IMG/VR virus record: IMGVR_UViG_3300022178_000068
Coordinates: 1-26,058 of that record
Origin: a virus
Lineage: Duplodnaviria > Caudoviricetes
Direction: 5' to 3' (one strand)
Length of the DNA: 26,058 nt
The first letter of the stretch is position 1, and every line of letters begins with the position of its first letter. A program made the position numbers and the translations under genes. Positions 16,192 through 25,527 of this stretch are shown in pieces. The notes beneath the pieces were generated by a model. That model saw nothing but the letters and a program-made list of their open reading frames with translations, did no database searches and was not told where the DNA came from.

Positions 16192-16656
16192 TTATGCGTC
16201 TGCGAATGGAGTAACCAGAGTACCAGAACCAAGGATAACACCAGATACAACATACTTAGCAGTAGCAATGGCAGTGGCAGTAACCATAGAACCTACTAGA
16301 CCACCTGTGGTAGTGCCATTCATAGTAATAACATCGTTAGATGCACCAGAGATGAAGGTCTTACCATTGGCATTGTCGTTTACGCCAGTGAAGAGACCAC
16401 CAACGAACTTGTCAGTGCCGTCAGTCTTGATGTCCATGTCAGTAGCAGCAGTTTCTACGTAGAAAGTAAAAGTAGAGCCGATGTTGTCGGAAGTAATGGT
16501 AGGCAGAGTGAACTTGCCATCTGCATCATTTGTAGTCAGTACACGACCAGCGTGGGCATTTACTGTAAGGGTAGTGTCAGCAGTTAAATCCGCTGCACCT
16601 TGACCGATAAAACCGTTGTTAGATTTTACTGGGCCTGAAAATGTAGTTAAAGCCAT
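16192..16656 (-). CDS. Putative minor capsid/decoration protein
   Basis: The probable start is ATG 16656 (MALTTFSGPVKSNNGF), giving 154 aa. T/G/A-rich, first gene after the capsid gene. Confidence 0.65.
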   Translation of the reverse strand: MALTTFSGPVKSNNGFIGQGAADLTADTTLTVNAHAGRVLTTNDADGKFTLPTITSDNIGSTFTFYVETAATDMDIKTDGTDKFVGGLFTGVNDNANGKTFISGASNDVITMNGTTTGGLVGSMVTATAIATAKYVVSGVILGSGTLVTPFADA

Positions 16657-16659
16657 AAT

Positions 16660-16742
16660 AGTTCTCACATGTGAGTTAAGGCAAATCTGTCTACATGTCG
16701 TCAGTCGGGTCTGTCAGATTCACCGGATTGTTTCCCGATACA
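16660..16742 (-). ncRNA. Structured leader RNA downstream of the capsid gene, candidate Mu-gpT-DE-type motif
   Basis: GGUGAAUCUG pairs with CAGAUUUGCC (10 bp, two G-U) around a 25-nt loop, followed by the palindrome CTCACATGTGAG. It lies just downstream of a Mu gpT-like gene. Confidence 0.5.
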
Positions 16743-16746
16743 GACA

Positions 16747-16776
16747 AACATATCACAGTGTGTGGCTTTATGTCAA
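16747..16776 (-). promoter_or_regulatory. Sigma70-like promoter
   Basis: TTGACA-N18-TATGTT with an extended -10 TGn, directly after the capsid terminator. Confidence 0.65.
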
Positions 16777-16780
16777 ACAT

Positions 16781-16804
16781 AAAAAAGGGGGCCGAAGCCC
16801 CCTT
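16781..16804 (-). terminator. Rho-independent terminator after the major capsid gene
   Basis: AAGGGGGC-TTCG-GCCCCC-TTTTTT: GC stem, cUUCGg tetraloop and U tract. Confidence 0.92.
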
Positions 16805-16826
16805 AGTACAACTTATTACTACGCGA

Positions 16827-17735
16827 TTAAGCGCCCGGAGATCCGAAGATGCCCAGTGGATCACTTACGCCGAATGAATAGCGCTCACGAGCCTTGTAAC
16901 GGCTGTTGCCAGTGTCGAAGTCGCCGTCCATAGAAGTAGCCATTGGGCTACGAACGAAGTGCTTCAGACCGTTAGGTACGTCAGTAGTAAGGAACCAGTT
17001 ATCTGTATCAGTCAGATAGTGATTGATAGTGTATCCGCCGGGTACAACACCGTTGCTCTTAATGGCGTTGAGATCGTTATCAGCAGTACCTACGCGACCT
17101 TCAGTTTCCAACAAACGGGTAGCAACGAATTGCAGGTTTGGTGGGATGATTAGCTTCTTAGGCTTAGATGCGATCAGAAGACCACGCTCGTCAGTCCAGC
17201 CAGCGATCTGAATAACAGCAGCTTCTAAAGAAGTTTCGTTAAGATCAGCAGCAACGGCTGGTTTGTTAGAGTTAGTACCACCGCCAACCAGCGGGTGACC
17301 AGTAGAACATAGTGACTGGCCGTCCCCGTAAGTGGTGGTAGCAGCGAAAGCGTTGTTCAAAATGTCAGCGCCTTTAACCTGCTTAGTGTAAGCCATCGCA
17401 CGAGCAAGAGCCTTAGTATAACGAGATGACAAAGAGTCATACAGGTTATCTTCGATTGCTTCTTCAGTGATGGCGAAACCCATAGCTACAGTTTCGTGAG
17501 TGTAACGAGCAGTGAATGCTTCTTGCGCGTTATCATACTCAATGGCAGAGCCTTCACCTTTAACGGGTGCAGAGCCAAAGCCAGATAGCTTAGTTTCTTC
17601 TTCAAAAGAACGGTCAGAGGTTTCAGTCTCGAAAATCTCTTTGTGCTCTTCGCCATATTTTGCGTACTCTAAACCGAACAACGCGTTCAGGCCGGGTAGC
17701 AGTTCTTTCAGTAATTGACTTCTTGAAATAGCCAT
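16827..17735 (-). CDS. Major capsid protein (Mu gpT-like, HK97 fold)
   Basis: 302 aa with ARYTHETVAMGFAITEEAIEDNLY, LIIPPNL, YLTDTDNWFL and YKARERYSFG. AGGAG RBS, followed by a terminator. Confidence 0.88.
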   Translation of the reverse strand: MAISRSQLLKELLPGLNALFGLEYAKYGEEHKEIFETETSDRSFEEETKLSGFGSAPVKGEGSAIEYDNAQEAFTARYTHETVAMGFAITEEAIEDNLYDSLSSRYTKALARAMAYTKQVKGADILNNAFAATTTYGDGQSLCSTGHPLVGGGTNSNKPAVAADLNETSLEAAVIQIAGWTDERGLLIASKPKKLIIPPNLQFVATRLLETEGRVGTADNDLNAIKSNGVVPGGYTINHYLTDTDNWFLTTDVPNGLKHFVRSPMATSMDGDFDTGNSRYKARERYSFGVSDPLGIFGSPGA

Positions 17736-17750
17736 TAGTTATTTCTCCTG

Positions 17751-18368
17751 TTATGACGTTACATCGCCGTTGGCGAATGCGTGGTATGAATTGTTGAACT
17801 TAACGAGGACGTCTGTGTAAAGATCGCCAACAGCAGATTGCCCAGCACGAGTGCTGAAACCAACAATCTTAAATCCAGCGGTAGTATCTTTAGAAGTCGC
17901 GTCAAGAGCCAGAGTAGACTTACCAGTAGTAGTATTAACATCATCCGTATCAGGAGTAGATGCAAAGAACGTGTTCTGCCCAAGAGCAGTTTGAGCGACA
18001 GAGGCATCACACTGAGCTTGGAAAGTAACACCCGGATCAGTCACAACGTACGCAGTAGCGTCAGCAGTGTTAGCAGGGAAGTACTGAGAGAAGATCAACT
18101 GACCTTCGCTGTTTACGTATTCACAACCAACGAATACACCCAAAGCACCGCCGTTAGCAACACCAGCAAAATTGTTAGCGTCGTTAGCGGAACCTGTATC
18201 AACCGATAGCTGAACAAAACCATCTTTTAAAATTACGACTGAGCCGTAACCGATGTTTACGTTGTAACTAGCGGCTTTAATCAAAAAGGACTCACGGGCG
18301 CCCGCGTAGGGAGTTCCGTCAGCCTTCTTTACGGGAACTAGCCCGTATGGAGTAGCTGTAGTAGCCAT
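17751..18368 (-). CDS. Putative capsid cement/decoration protein
   Basis: 205 aa with PYGLVPV, GVFVGCEY and YVVTDPGVTFQAQ. Lies immediately upstream of the capsid gene. Confidence 0.6.
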   Translation of the reverse strand: MATTATPYGLVPVKKADGTPYAGARESFLIKAASYNVNIGYGSVVILKDGFVQLSVDTGSANDANNFAGVANGGALGVFVGCEYVNSEGQLIFSQYFPANTADATAYVVTDPGVTFQAQCDASVAQTALGQNTFFASTPDTDDVNTTTGKSTLALDATSKDTTAGFKIVGFSTRAGQSAVGDLYTDVLVKFNNSYHAFANGDVTS

Positions 18369-18397
18369 TATTATTTACCTTATATAATTTAGTTTAG

Positions 18398-18844
18398 TTA
18401 CCCTTTACCAAAGGTAACCTTTGATTTCCGATCGTTGAAGAGCGGCATTCTTGGATCATTTTCTCGCATGAGGTTATTGTCCACAGATTTGATTTGTGCG
18501 GTCGACTGTTGTCTATAGTAGTCATTGCGCTCATCAACCATTTCCTGTGGTGCCTTACAAAGCATTAGCCCGCCTACCACTACATTATCTTTGAACCGTT
18601 CGTTCTCAACAGATACAAGTGTGATTTCTGGGTGATCCGACGCTTTGACAGGTTCCCAACCTTCGCGGATTTTTGAGGATACATTCATGGCGTCAACTTG
18701 CCCGGTCATGCTCGTACGAACCCAACGAAATACATACCCCTCTTGTGGGTATGGAGAAGGTAGAACCTCTGGACGTTGCCATGCAGTTTTACGTACTTCT
18801 TTTTCACGGGTCGTGGTTTCACGGTTAATTCTATTCTCAGCCAT
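18398..18844 (-). CDS. Head-module protein of unknown function
   Basis: 148 aa with GYVFRWVR, REGWEPV and VGGLMLCK. TAATG-coupled to the scaffold gene. Confidence 0.7.
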   Translation of the reverse strand: MAENRINRETTTREKEVRKTAWQRPEVLPSPYPQEGYVFRWVRTSMTGQVDAMNVSSKIREGWEPVKASDHPEITLVSVENERFKDNVVVGGLMLCKAPQEMVDERNDYYRQQSTAQIKSVDNNLMRENDPRMPLFNDRKSKVTFGKG

Positions 18845-19800
18845 TATACTTTCCTCATCTCTTCAGCAACCTTTTTGGCGTATAGTTCTAGGGGAACTCC
18901 CAACTTCTTGGCGATAGCCACTTGTGTTTGCGTTAGTGTGACCTTTTTAGGGGCCGTGCTCCGCGACGCGGGGGCAACCACATTTGACTTACGTCTAGAT
19001 TTTGGTTCTTCCTCATAAGTGTCTTCAAATTTATCTGGAAACACTTTCTGCATACGAGCATCAATAGTCTCGTAGTATTCATCACTTGTGGGACTTACAC
19101 CGTCAGCTACTAGCTCTTCGTGTACTCCCAAAGCGTAGCCAGTCATGGCTTTGTCTTGGTTAAACCAACTGTTTTCCTCTGCCCAACCTGCGGCGCGGTC
19201 ATCTTTCTTGGTTCTTTGCGGCAGTTTTACACTATTTTCATCGTCTTGTAAAGTACTCGGTCTAAAATTCTTTACTTTGTCTGACTTTAAGTTCGCTGCA
19301 TTTAGCTTCTCTTGCGCGTCTAACAGTTTATCCGCGTCTCCTGCTTCATACGCGTTCTTGTATGCGCGTTTAGCTGCCATAGTCTCTAAAGCTGCTTGTT
19401 TTTTAGCCTGCTCAAGTAATACGCCTTGGTTCTTACTAACGGTACCTTTGAGGTTTTTGTTCTCATCAACAAGCTGTTGCGCTACACGCTCCAGTTCTTC
19501 ACGCTCGCGCATAGCTCCTTCTTTTGCTCGGCGTTCATCATGGTAGCCTTTACTGAAGTGCTTAATACGGTTACGCACTTTTTCAGAGTAGCTTTCTAAC
19601 TCGTCCTCAGTTACTTCTTCGGGAGGCGCGGATGCCTTACGTTTACGATCCTTTTTGGGGGTATCGTCTACTACTTCAATCTCAATTTCAGACTCTTCTT
19701 CTTTCTTATTTGCTTTTAACTCTTCGGCACTGGAAGATTCAATCTCAATCTCTTCATCTTTTTCGTGCGGTAACGAGTACTCTACTGGTTGGAAACCCAT
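18844..19800 (-). CDS. Putative capsid scaffolding protein
   Basis: 318 aa, acidic N-terminus, long coiled coil, C-terminal LTQTQVAIAKKLGVPLELYAK. Lies between the portal and capsid genes. Confidence 0.7.
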   Translation of the reverse strand: MGFQPVEYSLPHEKDEEIEIESSSAEELKANKKEEESEIEIEVVDDTPKKDRKRKASAPPEEVTEDELESYSEKVRNRIKHFSKGYHDERRAKEGAMREREELERVAQQLVDENKNLKGTVSKNQGVLLEQAKKQAALETMAAKRAYKNAYEAGDADKLLDAQEKLNAANLKSDKVKNFRPSTLQDDENSVKLPQRTKKDDRAAGWAEENSWFNQDKAMTGYALGVHEELVADGVSPTSDEYYETIDARMQKVFPDKFEDTYEEEPKSRRKSNVVAPASRSTAPKKVTLTQTQVAIAKKLGVPLELYAKKVAEEMRKV

Positions 19801-19811
19801 AATCTGCTCCT

Positions 19812-20165
19812 TTAAGCTGCTCGTGTTAATTCACGGGGGTCGTCTACTACGGCTTCGATTGAGTCGTCGTTCATCAAACGATACTCTTTTTCACCGATCT
19901 TAAAACGCGTGCCGGTATTGGCACGGAAAACTACATGATCACCTACTTTGCACCAAGCTCCTGACGGGAAGCGGTCTTTGTCGCTATAGGCACCTTCACC
20001 CATATCGACCACTTTTCCGCTAATAGACAGGATCATCTCGTGGCGTTGTTCTTTTGAGGACTTAATAATCCCACTATCCCCATAGGTATCATCTACTTCT
20101 GGTAACTCAATAAGTACCCTGTATCCTACTGGTGTAGGTACATTAGCTACTTCTCTAGTCATCAT
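19812..20165 (-). CDS. groES: GroES/Cpn10-like co-chaperonin
   Basis: PVGYRVLI, SGII mobile loop, GKVVDMGEG, KVGDHVVF, GTRF and YRLMNDDSIEAVV follow the Cpn10 pattern. The start is probably ATG 20165 or 20162. Confidence 0.85.
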   Translation of the reverse strand: MMTREVANVPTPVGYRVLIELPEVDDTYGDSGIIKSSKEQRHEMILSISGKVVDMGEGAYSDKDRFPSGAWCKVGDHVVFRANTGTRFKIGEKEYRLMNDDSIEAVVDDPRELTRAA

Positions 20166-20349
20166 CTTGCTCCATAAAGTTTTGCGAAAGGTCATTTACG
20201 TAAGATAAGCTGACTTTCAGACCTCGAATCAAGCCAACTACTTCTCGGTATTGCGCATAGTCATCACATGCGCCTCCACCAAGATGTTCTTCTGCTGCGG
20301 ATATTTGCTCCGCGATTTGTTTATTTAGCACGTCAAAGACGGTAGTCAT
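20155..20349 (-). CDS. Small helical protein downstream of the portal
   Basis: 64 aa with DYAQYREVVGLIRGL. Fills the gap between portal and GroES. Confidence 0.75.
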   Translation of the reverse strand: MTTVFDVLNKQIAEQISAAEEHLGGGACDDYAQYREVVGLIRGLKVSLSYVNDLSQNFMEQDDD

Positions 20350-20351
20350 AG

Positions 20352-22820
20352 TTATTCCTTAGGTTTTTTATTCGCCTCCAGCTTGACCTTACCTAACTCT
20401 AAATCAAGTTTGGTGTTTTGGATCTTCCTATCGGCGGCTAGTTTTGCGCCCGCTTTCTGGGCGTCGATTTGCAGCTCTTGTTGCTTGAGCTGGAGTTCAG
20501 CCTGATCCATCTGAGCATCGGACTGCTGTGCTTGAGCCTTGAGTTGCAGCTCTTGCATTTTGATTTGCGCATCGGTCTGGTCTTTCTGACCCTTGCGTTG
20601 TACTTCTGACTGCTTAATCTGTAGCTCCTGCTGCTGCATCTGGATGATTGGGTCTTGCTGTTGCTGCTGCGCTTGGGCTTGTGCGGCCTGCGCTTTATGC
20701 TCTTGCGAAACCTGACCGCCAGCGTTAGCTTGGAGTCTAGATAGCTGTAGTTCGATCTCTGGGGGTAGCTCTTCGTTCGGCTTAGGCAATGTAACGCCTA
20801 GTTTGTCTTCTAACTGCTTACGGTATCTGAACGCTACGTGCTCAGCGATATGTGCCTGTAACGACGCCATAATCTGCTTTGCCTGTGGGTTCTGACCGAT
20901 AGACTGCATAACCATTGGGTCTTGCATAAACGCAGTGTGCGTAGCGATATGCGCTTCGTGGTCTTGTTCGATGAACGCTTTGATAGGCTTACCTGTTAGG
21001 GCGTTCATGTTTTCGCTTACAGGATCAGTCAAGTTAATGTCATCATCCGTAGGTACTAGTTTGTCCGCGTTCTTGATGCCCAAAACTTCAAGCATCTGAC
21101 GGTGCAACTGTGGTAGGTCGTAAATCTGCGGGGTCTTCTCCGCCATCTGTAGGGCTGCCTGATACTGTACAACGCGTTGGGCCATTGTAGAGCTGTTAGG
21201 GTCGCTTACAGGGATTACGTCCACCATAGCGTAGTCTGACGCACGCGCTGTTACTTCGCCTCTAGCAGGCTCGTAGGCGTACTCAGTGGGGGCTTCTTCT
21301 GCCATGATAGCTTTGAGCATCTTAAACTCTAGCTTCATAGCGAAGTGAACTCGTGCTTGTACTGCTGCCATAGGCTTCAGCGTACGCTCCAACAGGGCTA
21401 GCGTAGTGCCCACAGGGGCATTGGCTGACATGTCAGAGATATTCATATCTGCGATAGCGCCTAATCTGCGGCCTTCATTAGTAATCTTATCTAGTAGGGC
21501 TAGCAGGGTCTGGCTAGGCTCTTTATAAGGAAGAGTCATAATGTTGTCGCGGATGCTACCTGATGGCACATCTACGTCTTTAAACTCACCCGGCTCGATT
21601 GGGGAGTCGTCACCTTTGATACGTAAGCCACGAGACTTCAAGCCACCCGGTAGGTTAGAAAGCGTACCAGAGTCCACCAATTGCCGTATAATCGACGTTC
21701 CTGCTTTAGCGTACCCACCTATAATGTGGATCAGCCCAAGGCCGTAGAAGCCAAATCCGGGCACATATACGTAGTGTACGAAGTGTTGACGTTTGAGGGT
21801 TAGGGGGTCACCTTGGTCGTAATTACGACGGATGGATAAAACTTCTCCTGTACCGCGCTCAATAGTAACTACGTAAGGCTTAGCAATGTCATCTTCTTCA
21901 GAGTCGCCAGAACCGTCAATAATTAGGTCAGCGTGGATCTCATATAAGGTGTACCGGCTATCGTCAGACAGAGTGAACCCGCCGTCGTCTGCTTTAGCTT
22001 CTTCGATGTCCGTGTGGAATGATACAGGGTCACCTAGCTCTATATCCCTATAAAACCCACTTACTTGGAGCTTGCGGATTTCGTTCTTGGTTTTGCGCAT
22101 TATATGGCAAACACGTTCGGCAGTCTCAATGTTAGATGCGCCATACGGCACTATAACGTCTTCTGCGGGGATATAGAGCGCACACTGTCGCCCCATATTA
22201 GGATCGAAGTAAACCTTCTTAAACGCCGATCCTGCGAGTCCTAGGCTATATAGCATTCTTTCGTGCTCAGAACGGTACTCAACCATACGCTCTGTAAGCT
22301 CATAATTCATGTCCGCTTTTACACGTTCAGCAGCTTCAATCTTCTCTTTACTCTCCATACCGAGAATTTTGACCTTTACGGGGCCAGCGGCAGGGAATGT
22401 CTCACTCATAGTCTCTGCTTGGAATCGGATAGCTGCTTCCGCTAATACCGTAGAAGTCACGCCACAAGCGCCTTCCCAAGGAGTAGTACGCTCTTCTGTC
22501 TTAAATCCTAGTACATCTAGCCCTTTTACATAGGCGTCTGCCCATTCTTTACGGCTATCTTGGTCTGCGTCTACAAGCCCCAACAGGTCGTCAGATAGCT
22601 CCTGTAGCTCCCCTTCCTCTAGCTCTTCTGCTAGATTAGAGTCAAACCCACCTTCTCCCATCTCTTCTCCGGGGATAATGGTAATTTCTACTGAACCATC
22701 GTCAAGTGTAACCATTGCGGGGTCAACGATCTCAATCTCAAGCTCTTGCTCAATGTCTTCCCCCTCTAGCTCGCTCTCGATACCCTGTGGAGCAGTGTAT
22801 ATACTTTTCTCGATAGCCAT
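20352..22820 (-). CDS. Portal protein (P22-like) with Q-rich C-terminal coiled coil
   Basis: 822 aa directly after the large terminase, with GSAFKKVYFD, PGFGFYGLG and NAPVGTTLALLE, and a Q-rich tail. Confidence 0.85.
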   Translation of the reverse strand: MAIEKSIYTAPQGIESELEGEDIEQELEIEIVDPAMVTLDDGSVEITIIPGEEMGEGGFDSNLAEELEEGELQELSDDLLGLVDADQDSRKEWADAYVKGLDVLGFKTEERTTPWEGACGVTSTVLAEAAIRFQAETMSETFPAAGPVKVKILGMESKEKIEAAERVKADMNYELTERMVEYRSEHERMLYSLGLAGSAFKKVYFDPNMGRQCALYIPAEDVIVPYGASNIETAERVCHIMRKTKNEIRKLQVSGFYRDIELGDPVSFHTDIEEAKADDGGFTLSDDSRYTLYEIHADLIIDGSGDSEEDDIAKPYVVTIERGTGEVLSIRRNYDQGDPLTLKRQHFVHYVYVPGFGFYGLGLIHIIGGYAKAGTSIIRQLVDSGTLSNLPGGLKSRGLRIKGDDSPIEPGEFKDVDVPSGSIRDNIMTLPYKEPSQTLLALLDKITNEGRRLGAIADMNISDMSANAPVGTTLALLERTLKPMAAVQARVHFAMKLEFKMLKAIMAEEAPTEYAYEPARGEVTARASDYAMVDVIPVSDPNSSTMAQRVVQYQAALQMAEKTPQIYDLPQLHRQMLEVLGIKNADKLVPTDDDINLTDPVSENMNALTGKPIKAFIEQDHEAHIATHTAFMQDPMVMQSIGQNPQAKQIMASLQAHIAEHVAFRYRKQLEDKLGVTLPKPNEELPPEIELQLSRLQANAGGQVSQEHKAQAAQAQAQQQQQDPIIQMQQQELQIKQSEVQRKGQKDQTDAQIKMQELQLKAQAQQSDAQMDQAELQLKQQELQIDAQKAGAKLAADRKIQNTKLDLELGKVKLEANKKPKE

Positions 22821-22831
22821 TCTCTTTACCT

Positions 22832-24376
22832 TTAGTAGTAGCCAACCCTACGGTTCGACTTAAAATATTGTTCGTCTTCTGGCTCATCGGAGGGTAAACG
22901 GATAAATCCACCCTGCCGGAACCTCATTAGTGCCATAACCGTAGTATCCACCAAGTCATCATGGCTCATAAACGGAAATCCAGCGATTTCTTCAATTACT
23001 TCTTCGCCCCATCGTGTAGGGGGTACCCAACATAGCCCAGACTGTACAATGTCGGAAACAGCGTTTAGTCGGGCTAATTTGTCTCCAGACCCTCTATGAG
23101 GGGTGTATTCGGACACTGGAAGGCCCATCCGACGCATTTCTTGGTACAAAGCTACGCCAGAACTCTTTTTCTCTACAATAAACGCATCAGGTTCCCAATC
23201 TTCGTACTCTTGGAAGGCCATTTCCTTCAACTCATGGAACTCCATACGCTTCTTTATACTATTTAGCAAGATAATATTATACGCTGAAGTCTCCTCATTA
23301 AGGAAGACCCCCCACGTAGTTAATGCAGTAAAGTCGGCACGGTTGTGTTTTTCGGCTGCGGCATCGAGTGTCATTATAATGTATTCGCACATGGGAGCGG
23401 AGTCAGAATCCCATATATTCCACCACTCCCGCTTCACTATAGCGGCTTCTTCGGCGGTCGGTTGTTGCTGATACTGAGCGTTCCACTGGAACACCGGCAT
23501 CGACGCTTTGGTACGCTCTAAGGCTTCTAGACCAAAAAACTCAGGCCAAAGGGGTTTTTCAACGATTTCACCCGTATCATCCTCTATTTCTAGGATCGCG
23601 GGGAACTCTACAACGTCAAATTGGTCAGATTTAGGGTTATTAGCCATATCCTTGACCACACGCCCCGTCAGATCGTCCATATGCCATCTAGTCTGGATAA
23701 TCGCTACAGAGCCTCCGGGCATCAATCGGGTACGAGCACCGAACGTATACCACTCATACGCCTTCTCAAACACGACAAAATTGCCATTAATGACGTCCTG
23801 CTCCGAATGTGGGTCATCTACGAGTAATAAGTGGGCACCACGACCCGCTAGTGCCGAACCAACACCACATGCGTAATATTCGCCTCCAGCGCTAGTATTC
23901 CACCTACCAGCCGACTTAGAGTCCTTTGCGAGGGCCACAGTAGGGAAAATAGCCTTAAAAGCGGCGTCAGAGATCAAATTTCGTACTTTTCGACCGAAAT
24001 CTACTGCTAAATCAGTCGTATGCGACACCATCATCACCTTTTTATCGGGATTACGGCCTAGGTACCATGCGGGGAAAAAGATGGATACAAGCTGCGATTT
24101 ACCGTGTCTAGGGGGTATATTTACGCATACACGGTCTTTATCCCCTCTTTCTATAGACATTAGCATGTCTGCGAGTATTCTATGGTGCTTACCAACGATA
24201 AAATCGGGCATCATATGCTGACAAAAGGCGATTAAATCGTCATATGCGGCCTTTATATCGGCTTTATCCGCGATTGCGTCCACTAATTTGTGTATTTCTA
24301 CAACTTCATCATCATTGAACGAGTCTAAGTTGTCCAACATGTGCTGGATCTCGTCTTCCGAGAAAGTTTCACTCAT
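22832..24376 (-). CDS. terL: Terminase large subunit
   Basis: Walker A PPRHGKS, Walker B LLLVDDP, IQTRW coupling motif, and RNase H-like acidic residues (TLDAA, HDDLVD). Confidence 0.95.
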   Translation of the reverse strand: MSETFSEDEIQHMLDNLDSFNDDEVVEIHKLVDAIADKADIKAAYDDLIAFCQHMMPDFIVGKHHRILADMLMSIERGDKDRVCVNIPPRHGKSQLVSIFFPAWYLGRNPDKKVMMVSHTTDLAVDFGRKVRNLISDAAFKAIFPTVALAKDSKSAGRWNTSAGGEYYACGVGSALAGRGAHLLLVDDPHSEQDVINGNFVVFEKAYEWYTFGARTRLMPGGSVAIIQTRWHMDDLTGRVVKDMANNPKSDQFDVVEFPAILEIEDDTGEIVEKPLWPEFFGLEALERTKASMPVFQWNAQYQQQPTAEEAAIVKREWWNIWDSDSAPMCEYIIMTLDAAAEKHNRADFTALTTWGVFLNEETSAYNIILLNSIKKRMEFHELKEMAFQEYEDWEPDAFIVEKKSSGVALYQEMRRMGLPVSEYTPHRGSGDKLARLNAVSDIVQSGLCWVPPTRWGEEVIEEIAGFPFMSHDDLVDTTVMALMRFRQGGFIRLPSDEPEDEQYFKSNRRVGYY

Positions 24377-24605
24377 GGATGGTCACATCCGACTCGGTTA
24401 CCATCACTACACGCGCTCCACAACTCAAAATCGGCTTATCTGTTGTGCTTTGGAGTACTTCAGAGGGGCCATTTATAGTCACAGACCGACAATACCGGTT
24501 CTCTTTACCTGTTTTTACGGTAATTACCGGCTCATTCGTCCCATTCTTGAGGTTCGCACGTATTTTATGCTGATTCACATGTATGTATGTCTTAGTCATC
24601 GTCAA
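24369..24605 (-). CDS. Small phage hypothetical protein (IHVNQHKIR...LSCGARV)
   Basis: 78 aa, overlapping both flanking genes. Confidence 0.75.
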   Translation of the reverse strand: MTMTKTYIHVNQHKIRANLKNGTNEPVITVKTGKENRYCRSVTINGPSEVLQSTTDKPILSCGARVVMVTESDVTIHE

Positions 24606-25197
24606 ATAACCCCATCTCAGCGTCTACATCTATAACTTCCCCGGATATTTCTACTACATCAATAGGTTCGGCGTGTGTTTGGGGTGGATTCACCAGCTTT
24701 TCGAGCTTTTGGCGTAGTTTTTGCTTCAATTCATCGCTCGTCTGGTGGGTTACAGTGACTTCGGTCTTCTCAGCGAACAGTCCTACGTCCGAAATCTTAC
24801 CTAATAGCTCTAATGCACGCAGTCTTACCTTCGGATCGGGGTTCTCCGTCTCTAAAAGTAGCTTGTTCGTGACTAGATGGCGTACATGTGTTGCGGACTG
24901 CACAACACTCTGGCCAAATTCTTTTAAAATGTTGTTCGTAAGTACCAAAGAGGCGGGTGTTAGCTCTGCGGTACGGGATTCTGTGACCTGTTTAGAGGTC
25001 TTTTCGGGGTCGTCAGCGTACGCAACCGTTATTTTGGCCGCGATGTCTTGGTCTTCTTTGTTTGGCTCTAGGTCTAGGCCATATTGCTCCAGCTCTTCGG
25101 CTGTAGCTGCTGCCGCTGCGATGCGTTTTTGCGCATCCATACGGGATTTCTTCGCAGGAACTGGGACTCCCAGCTCTGGATCTACTTGTATCGTCAT
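24592..25197 (-). CDS. Probable terminase small subunit
   Basis: The probable start is ATG 25197 (MTIQVDPELG), giving 201 aa. It has the RLRALELLGKISDVGLFAEKTEV motif typical of TerS and lies upstream of TerL. The track's N-terminal extension spans the promoter. Confidence 0.65.
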   Translation of the reverse strand: MTIQVDPELGVPVPAKKSRMDAQKRIAAAAATAEELEQYGLDLEPNKEDQDIAAKITVAYADDPEKTSKQVTESRTAELTPASLVLTNNILKEFGQSVVQSATHVRHLVTNKLLLETENPDPKVRLRALELLGKISDVGLFAEKTEVTVTHQTSDELKQKLRQKLEKLVNPPQTHAEPIDVVEISGEVIDVDAEMGLFDDD

Positions 25198-25230
25198 ATT
25201 GGAGTCGCAGGTTGTTAAACCGGAAGGGTC

Positions 25231-25263
25231 TTTATAGCATACTTGTTTTTCGGAAACAAGCAT
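25231..25263 (-). promoter_or_regulatory. Sigma70-like promoter of the packaging/head operon with overlapping inverted repeat
   Basis: TTGTTT-N17-TATAAA with an extended -10 TGn. A CTTGTTT-N5-AAACAAG inverted repeat covers the -35 and spacer. Confidence 0.55.
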
Positions 25264-25527
25264 ATGTCTGGCATAGGAGGTATAAAGGAGGGATGTGCAT
25301 AGAAAAGAGGGTTTTGTATACATGTAGGTTTAAGAAACGGTCACTATAAGGCGCAATACTCCCTAAAAAGGTAACTATATAAACCACGGCATACCATTTA
25401 TGGTATAGGAAGCATCATTATGTATCATTTCCGCTCATATCTGATAACTAATATAATGCACATACAAAGCGGAAGAAGTATAATGCCGCTCCATTTTTAG
25501 CCTAACTATAATCCACTGGAGTACCCT

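Noticed and set aside
16805-16840. Programmed frameshift or readthrough extending the capsid protein
   Set aside because: There is no obvious slippery site at the TAA, and a strong terminator follows about 20 nt later.
25198-25323. Track's N-terminal extension of the TerS-like gene (similar over-extensions at 10674, 15682, 16668 and 20195)
   Set aside because: The extensions run through promoter-like DNA or upstream genes. Downstream starts give better coupling or RBS context.
25420-25500. 26-codon plus-strand ORF MYHFRSYLITNIMHIQSGRSIMPLHF
   Set aside because: It is short, has no distinctive composition and overlaps promoter-like AT-rich motifs, so there is not enough support.
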